The notes under the pieces are model-generated. The model was given only the letters and a program-made list of their open reading frames with translations, ran no database searches and was not told the DNA's origin. Shown here piece by piece: positions 56,233 through 64,000 of a stretch of DNA of 64,000 nucleotides; positions within the stretch are counted from its first letter, which is position 1, and each line of letters opens with the position of its first letter. The position numbers and the translations under genes were made by a program. The DNA comes from the human T2T-CHM13v2.0 reference genome, Homo sapiens, in NCBI RefSeq assembly GCF_009914755.1, contig NC_060936.1; one strand, written 5' to 3'.

Positions 56233-57454
56233 CCTCATTTTTGAAAATCTTTATAAAATTATTGCATCTTCTTTCTTGGCCGGTGATGATCACAATTGAA
56301 ATCTTCCTTTGGTGATTGAGTACCTGGGGGACACTTGGGGGTCAGCATTTATCCTGCCAATATTTATTGCACTCTTACTAAGTGTCATGCACTCTGTTAG
56401 ACTCTAGGGATGCAGCAACAAACAGAAAAATGTGGCCCCAACCTCATGAAATTGGCAGTCTAGTGAAAGTAAATAAAAGATATCCAGAAATGAAGTTGAA
56501 ATGTTCTGGTGGTAAATTTGACTATGCCCTGAGCTGTCCTTTTGACTAAATTTCTGAATCCAGTTTTATTTATTTTTTTGATCCATTCATTTTTCCTAAA
56601 AGTGAAATAGAAGAAAGGAATTCCAGTCAATTGATGGTTTCAGATAATCAGAACTTTGGTTCAATACTTTTTATGTTTTCATGGCATTTATGTGGACGTG
56701 ATGTTTTGTCATTCATATGCTTTGCAATTTACCTTTATTTCAATCTTACTTTTAATTCTACCACATGGATTTTAAATTGTCTCCACTTTTATTACAAGTT
56801 CCATGGTGGTGACAGCTATGTTCCTATTTCCCACGGCACCTAAGTCAGGACTCTGAAATAGCAGTGGCTCAATAAATGGTGTAGTACCTACAAAGCTGCA
56901 AGTGGAACTACCTTTTGAAAATTTGTAATAAGAAGAGATCAATTCCAGGGCTCAGCTCCAAGGGTCTATTGATGCTTTATAGTTTTTCATTGTCACTGGC
57001 TCTAACATGGAAGATTCTCCACATTCCTGTTAGTTGGACCCACAGGTATTTCCTGACAGTCCTGACCTGTTGGCCTACTGGAAGCTGATGTTCCCATGTA
57101 ACATCCTGATGCCTCAGTGGCTGCGGTCTTAGGGAGAATAGAGGCTTTATTCATCTTTTCCCACATTGATCACATTCTGTCAAATCTCTTCCCCCTCTGG
57201 ACCCTTCAATGTTGGATATCAATGGTTTCATTGTAATGGTAAGCTCTCATTATCTGAAAATTCCTTTCTGCTCACCTTCCTTTTTTTCCCTTAGCTCTGA
57301 GAGGTGGAAGTTTCTTTGTGCGTGTGTATTTTTTCAATCACTCTATCTATATATCCATAAATCTATTTTAATTGAGTATGTCATGCCCAGGAGGTAACAG
57401 GTATTTTTTCTGTTCTTTTTTAAATTTTAGGGCTTAAATAAGGGAATTTTAAAA

Positions 57455-58652
57455 ATCCACTTTATGGAAGTATAATTGACCTACAAAAAGCTGTGGATAT
57501 CTAATGCATACAGCTTGATGAGTTTGGAGATATGTATGTGAAACCATCACCATCTATGTGGTAAACATATTCATCACCTATTAAAGTTTCCTCCCACCTT
57601 CTTTATTATTATTATTATTATGATAAGAACACTTAACATAAGTTTTTATTCTTACCAAATTAAAAAATATACAATACAGTATTGCTAATTATAGACACTA
57701 TGCTATATAGTAGTTCTTTAAGACTTACTCATCTTGCATAGCTAAAACTTTTTACTCTTTAATAATTACTCCCCATTTTCCACCCATTCCTCCATCCCCC
57801 AGCTTGGGCAGCCAGCATTCTACTTTGTACTTCTATGAATTTGATTGCTTTAGGTTATTTGTATAAGTGGGATGGTGTAGTATTTGTCCTACTGTGCCCG
57901 GCTTATGTCACTTAGCATAATGTCCTCTAGTTTCATTCATGTTATTGAAAATGGCAGGATTTTCTTCTTTTGCAAGGCTGAATAATATTTCGTTGTGTAT
58001 CTGTACCACATTTTTTTTTATCCATTCATCTGTCTATGGGCATTTACATTGCTTCCATATCTTGGCTATTTTGAATAATGCTGCAATGAACACGAGAATG
58101 CAGATTTCTCTTTGAAGTATTGATTGCATTTCTTTTGAGTAGTACCTGAAAGTGGGGTTACTGGATCATATAATAGTTTGATTTTTAATTTTTTAAGAAA
58201 CTTTCATACTGTTCTCATAATGGCTGTATCAGTGTACATTTCCCTCAGCAGCATACATATTCACACCAACATTTGTTAGCTTCTGTCTTTTTTATCATAG
58301 CCATTGTAAAAGGTGTGAGGTGATATCTCATCATGGTTTTGATTCTGATTAGTGATATTGCACAGCTTTTCACAAACCTGTTAGCCATTTGAATGTCTTC
58401 TCTTGAGAAATGTCTGTACAGTCCTTTGCCCACTTTTTAATTAGTTTATTTGATTTTTGTTACACAGGGTAGGAATTCCTTATATATTTTGGATTGTTAA
58501 CTCTTTATCATATAAATGGCTTGCAAACATGTTCTCCCGTTCTATAGATTGCCTTTGCATTTTGTGGCTTGTTTCCTTTGCTGTGCAGAAGCTTCTTAGT
58601 TTGATGTAGGTTCACTTGTCTATTTTTGCTTTTGTTGCCTATACTTTTGGTT
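57455..58652 (-). mobile_element. L1MA9-like 3' fragment
   Basis: aagaacacttaacataag; tttcctttgctgtgcagaagcttcttagtttgatg; same family as 20320-23650. Confidence 0.9.
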
Positions 58653-59972
58653 AGGAGGCTGCATTTTATGTGAATCTTCTCAGTGAATTCTCAGAGCAAC
58701 CTTATGTGTTAACTCCGTGATTAGGCAAGCACTTATTCCCCAGAGTCAGACAGCATAGGAGTCCTTTCCTGGTATCGCATCTCTGAACCTTGATTTTCTT
58801 TGAAATGGCATAGCATTACTGAGCTGAAAGACTTGTTCTGAGAATTAAATGAGTTAAAGGCACATAATAAACATCCAACAAATATAGCCTATGATTATTA
58901 TGTACCACATTTCTTCTCAATTTGCAGAAAAGGCCACTGAGGCTCAGAAAGGTTAAGTAACTAACTCATAGTCACACAGCTGTAAAGAGCAGAGCCAGGA
59001 GTTTAACACAACATAGTCTGACTTTAGTCTGTGGTTTTTGTTTTTTTCCCCCTCAATGTTACACCAGCTCCTAACATCCAATAATGCACACATGGCCTTT
59101 GGCAGCAACATTATAAATACAGAGACACTCCTGTTATTTTCCTTATTTTATTTTTTGTCAGGTGAGCTTCTTCCCTCAATAGTACCTTTATTCTCTTTGG
59201 TGATTCTTCTAGATGGAGCAAAACAAAACAAAACAAAAAACAAACACACACAAGCAAACTAAAGAGGGTCCCTATTTGCAATCAAGAAAACACTTCACAG
59301 ATGTCCTCGACTTGGAAAGAGTGCAAAAATCAAAACAGATAAACAATTCTTGGCTAATATTGCCCAAGACTTGGAAAGCCAAGATGCTTCCTGAAGACCC
59401 AGGATGGATTGGCCTAGCCTCATTCCCAACTACAAGAGTAGCCCCATGTGAGAAGTTTCAGCCATGCCTGGAAACCCTCTTTGGAATCCCTACATATGCA
59501 TGCCTGTGGGCGGGAACTGAGAACTTCTCAGCTCACAAAATTTGGCAGTTGTGTTTTTAAGACACGTGCATGGCTAACAGAATTAATCATGACTAACTGC
59601 GACCACCAACTTCATTTGCAGAGGCTGCAATGGTATGGGAATCGTTGAGTTGAACAGTCTTGGGTTCCATTTTGAAAATCTATTTTTTTTCTTTTTTGAA
59701 TCAAAACCAAATGTACACTGAAAGAACTAGCGCCGATGAGAAAATTTAAAAGCCCACCATTTCAAATCCCACTAGCCGAGACTTTGGCTCCTACCACCAT
59801 CTCTCTGAATCCTTCTCATTCACTGCCTCATTAATCCTCACCACACACTGTTGAAGTCAGCATCCTGTTTTAAGGATGAGAAAAAGAAAGTCCAGCAATA
59901 CATTTCTTTAATGCATTCAGAAAAAATATCTTCCCAAATGCTTTCCCCATGGAGTCATAGTAAACATGGTCA

Positions 59973-60333
<361 letters not shown>

Positions 60334-60369
60334 TTAAGCAGTAATTGCAGAATAATGTATTAAGCTCAT

Positions 60370-60560
60370 GATCCTGAGAGTCTAGGAGCCTTAGGTTGGA
60401 CACCAGTCTCAGCTGTATGTCCTTGGGCAATTACTTAATTTTTCTGATCCTCACTTTCCTCTTCCATGAAATGCCATTAATAACAATTCCTACCTCCTAG
60501 GATTATTGGGAGGTTTGAGATTATTTCTGTAAAGCACTTAGCATCATGCTTATGGGAAGC
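60370..60560 (+). mobile_element. MIR
   Basis: ccttgggcaattacttaatttttctgatcctcactttcctc...taaagcacttagca. Confidence 0.8.
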
Positions 60561-61699
60561 TGCTAATGGAATTTATCTGTTCTTAGCATTAGAAACATAT
60601 AATTGTCAGGGTTATTTGAAAATCATCGCAATAACTCTTAACAATAGTAATTCTCATTTATTGATAATATCATATTCATATAAGGTTTTATAACCTCAAT
60701 TCCCACTTGGCCTGGCAGCCACAGGAGGCCAATGGATCTATTTCATTTCTTCTGAATGCTATCCTCGGTCAGCAAATCAAGGGACCCAGTTTTTGACTTG
60801 TGCTGCAGGATAAAGAAATAACTCTAGTAGCATAGAATTGCTTAAGCTCTGTGCTGGGCTACGATAATGAAAATTCATGTGAGTCTCTGGAATAATGCCT
60901 ACTTTAATTCTTTTATAAGGATACCGTAACCTAGTTGGGGATTAAAGATGCTTTCCTCTCTGTGAATAATTCCAACTTGCTTGGCTTGAGGTACCAAGTT
61001 TTGGTAGAGAGTTTAAGAAAAATGTTAATCAAAGCCATGATAAAATTTCTCTGAAGTGCAGTAAGGAGTCACATCTTGACTTTACTCCCATCTACGGTGG
61101 TTTAAAGCACACAAAGAAATGTTCTCTTACAAACATCAAACAGCTGCTCCAAAAATACAGGCTGAAAAAGGTCTCATCGTCCCATGTTTCAGCCACAACA
61201 AACAAAAGTTTATGAGAAGCCACGATACATTTGAGAGGCACTGGAACATTCTTTAGTGTCTAATGACAATTGACAATCAGCAGGAGAACCACAATAAACA
61301 TGCAGCTGCATGGCAGAAAAACTATAAACCCACGCCATATGTTGAAGCAGTCACTGCTGTTGGCCACCAAACCACCTACGGTCCCCTTGACCTCACAGAC
61401 TGATGACTGGGCCCAGCCGTGAGGCTGCGAGGTGACCATTGCCCCTGCTGAAATCTCACCATTCCTCCAACATCCCGAAAGGTCAGAAGCCTCACCCACA
61501 GTTTATAGATGGATTTCACTGAATCTCAGCCACTAACCACCTCATCATGCCTTCCAGATCACCTAAAATATATTTCTCAAACTCTGTTTCACAGAACGAT
61601 AGTCCCAAGAGGTGGTCCTTGGCAAGCTGGTTCTGTAGTGGAAGAAGACTGGAAATGACTGCCTACCGCTGCTCTCACATGAAGTTTCTCACTCATCGG

Positions 61700-61948
61700 G
61701 AACCAAGGTGCTGCATAATGTCCTGATCTGCCAATCTTAGCATGTCACCTGCATCCAGAACAGCAGGAAGGAGAAAAGCAGAAGACCCTTTCCCTCTACA
61801 ACAACATCCTAGAAATAACACACGACACTTCTATGCAAAACTTTATTGATGAAAACTCAGTCTGATGGCTGCTCTTGGCTATAAAAGGACTGAGAGAATT
61901 AGGTTTTCAGCCAGGACATAACTCTGGACTGTTAAAAGCCAGGGTTCT
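61700..61948 (-). mobile_element. MLT1J/K-like LTR fragment ending at the AluY
   Basis: gcatccagaacagcaggaagg...cacgacacttct...aaaagccagggttct. Confidence 0.55.
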
Positions 61949-62282
<334 letters not shown>

Positions 62283-62364
62283 CTATTGGAAGGCTTTTAA
62301 AGTCTTTTTGACTGTAAATTTTCTGAATTCTAAATATAAATCAAGAATTTTCAACAAACTTGAG

Positions 62365-62566
62365 CATCCACATGTGATGTGTTATTGGCATAAGATATGC
62401 ACTAGATTTTAAAAACTTAGGATGCAAAAAAATGTAAAGTGTCTCACTGATAAGTTTTATGTCTATTACGTGATGAAAGGATAATATTTTGGTTAAAATC
62501 ACTTAAATATATTATTTAAACTAATTCTGTTACTTTTCACTTTTTAAAATGTGACTACTAGAAAAT

Positions 62567-62605
<39 letters not shown>

Positions 62606-62875
62606 TTAATTATTGTTGAGACAGGGTCTTGCTCTGTCGCCCAGTATGGAGTACAGTGATGCGATCTTGGCTCACAGCAACCTCCATCTCCCATGCTCAA
62701 GTGATTCTCCCACCTCAGCCTCCTAAGTAGTTGGGACTACAGATGCACACCACCATGCCTAGCTAATTTTTGTAACTTTTTTGGTAGAGACGGGGTTCTT
62801 GCATGTTGTCCAGACTGGTAGAAAATTTAAAATTACAAACGTGGGTTTCCTTAGATTTCTACTGTACAGTGCTGG
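62365..62875. mobile_element. MER33-like DNA transposon split by a truncated AluJ (62566-62818, -)
   Basis: aatgtgactactagaaaattt[Alu]tagaaaatttaaaattaca...tttctactgtacagtgctg; TSD tagaaaattta. Confidence 0.75.
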
Positions 62876-63353
62876 GCTAGAGTGTAGTAAGTCACTGAAG
62901 AAAGACCATTTCACAAGTCTGTTCTTTCTGCTGTAAATGAGGTACCAACTGAATCATCTCTGGTTGTAGCATGAACCCAGCACATTCAATGACAATGGGA
63001 TGAACAAAGGAATATACATGCATACATGAAATGCAATATTTTTTCATTTCTAGGCTTCACTGCAGTTGCTGAAATCTGGCATCTCATGTGAGAGGCTCCC
63101 CTGGGTCTTTCACATGTTGTCAGAGATTCCATAGTTTATCACCTGAAATATTTTTCTTGTATTGTGTACCTCCTGGCAAGATCTTAAGTTGACATCAACT
63201 GAGAAATAAGGAAGTAAGAAATACTGTACTTTACTTCACTCATCTATTCAACAAGTAGTAATGGACTCTCTACTATACACCCAATACTGTTCTAGAAGAA
63301 TATTGATTCAATGGTGACCACTCCAGACACGGTTCCTACCCTCCTGGGGCTTA

Positions 63354-63752
<399 letters not shown>

Positions 63753-64000
63753 TTATCTGCTGTATTTCCTTCCCCATGATCTTTCATATATTACCTTCAC
63801 TGAGACTATTTTTTCTTTTCTATCTTCTCCTTCCTGGTAAGTTTTGGGAGAATCAAGGAAGCAATTTCTGATGAAGTCTTTGTTATGACACAGATAGGCT
63901 CCTGGGGGAACCTAAGAAAGTAAGCCACAAGATGGCCCCAGAATTAGACACTGCTGCCCAACATTCGTGCGACTTCTCCATCTCCAGTTCTTGACAGACG

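Noticed and set aside
57455-58652. Similarity to 20320-23650 as a segmental duplication
   Set aside because: Both are diverged copies of the same L1MA subfamily and the flanks are unrelated.

Overview
Non-coding primate (human-like; AluY and L1PA present) genomic DNA, consistent with intergenic or deep intronic sequence. I see no intact protein-coding gene, RNA gene or CRISPR array, and I cannot name the locus. The supplied ORFs are Alu/L1-derived, low-complexity or unrecognisable. Much of the window is interspersed repeat: Alu/FLAM, L1PA/L1MA/L1ME, L2, MIR, MaLR and ERVL-type LTRs, and DNA transposons (MER5A, MER20, MER33, MER53, MER58A, MADE2, Tigger-like). Subfamily names are recalled from consensus sequences, not computed. 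Two hidden retroposed-RNA insertions are the most interesting items. (1) 21634-22209 (-) is a processed ZNF717-like KRAB pseudogene whose KRAB-B exon joins an MST LTR fragment ending at the LTR poly(A) site. It looks like a fossil KRAB-only, LTR-terminated mRNA inserted into an L1. (2) 49832-50784 is a ~950-bp mosaic of old repeats bounded by a perfect 15-bp direct repeat with a T-tract at one end, resembling an orphan transduction. Also present: a 158-bp tandem duplication with AGCT microhomology, a three-level nested insertion, a Tigger transposase relic, a CTCF-consensus site in MER20, and several motif-dense unique segments.
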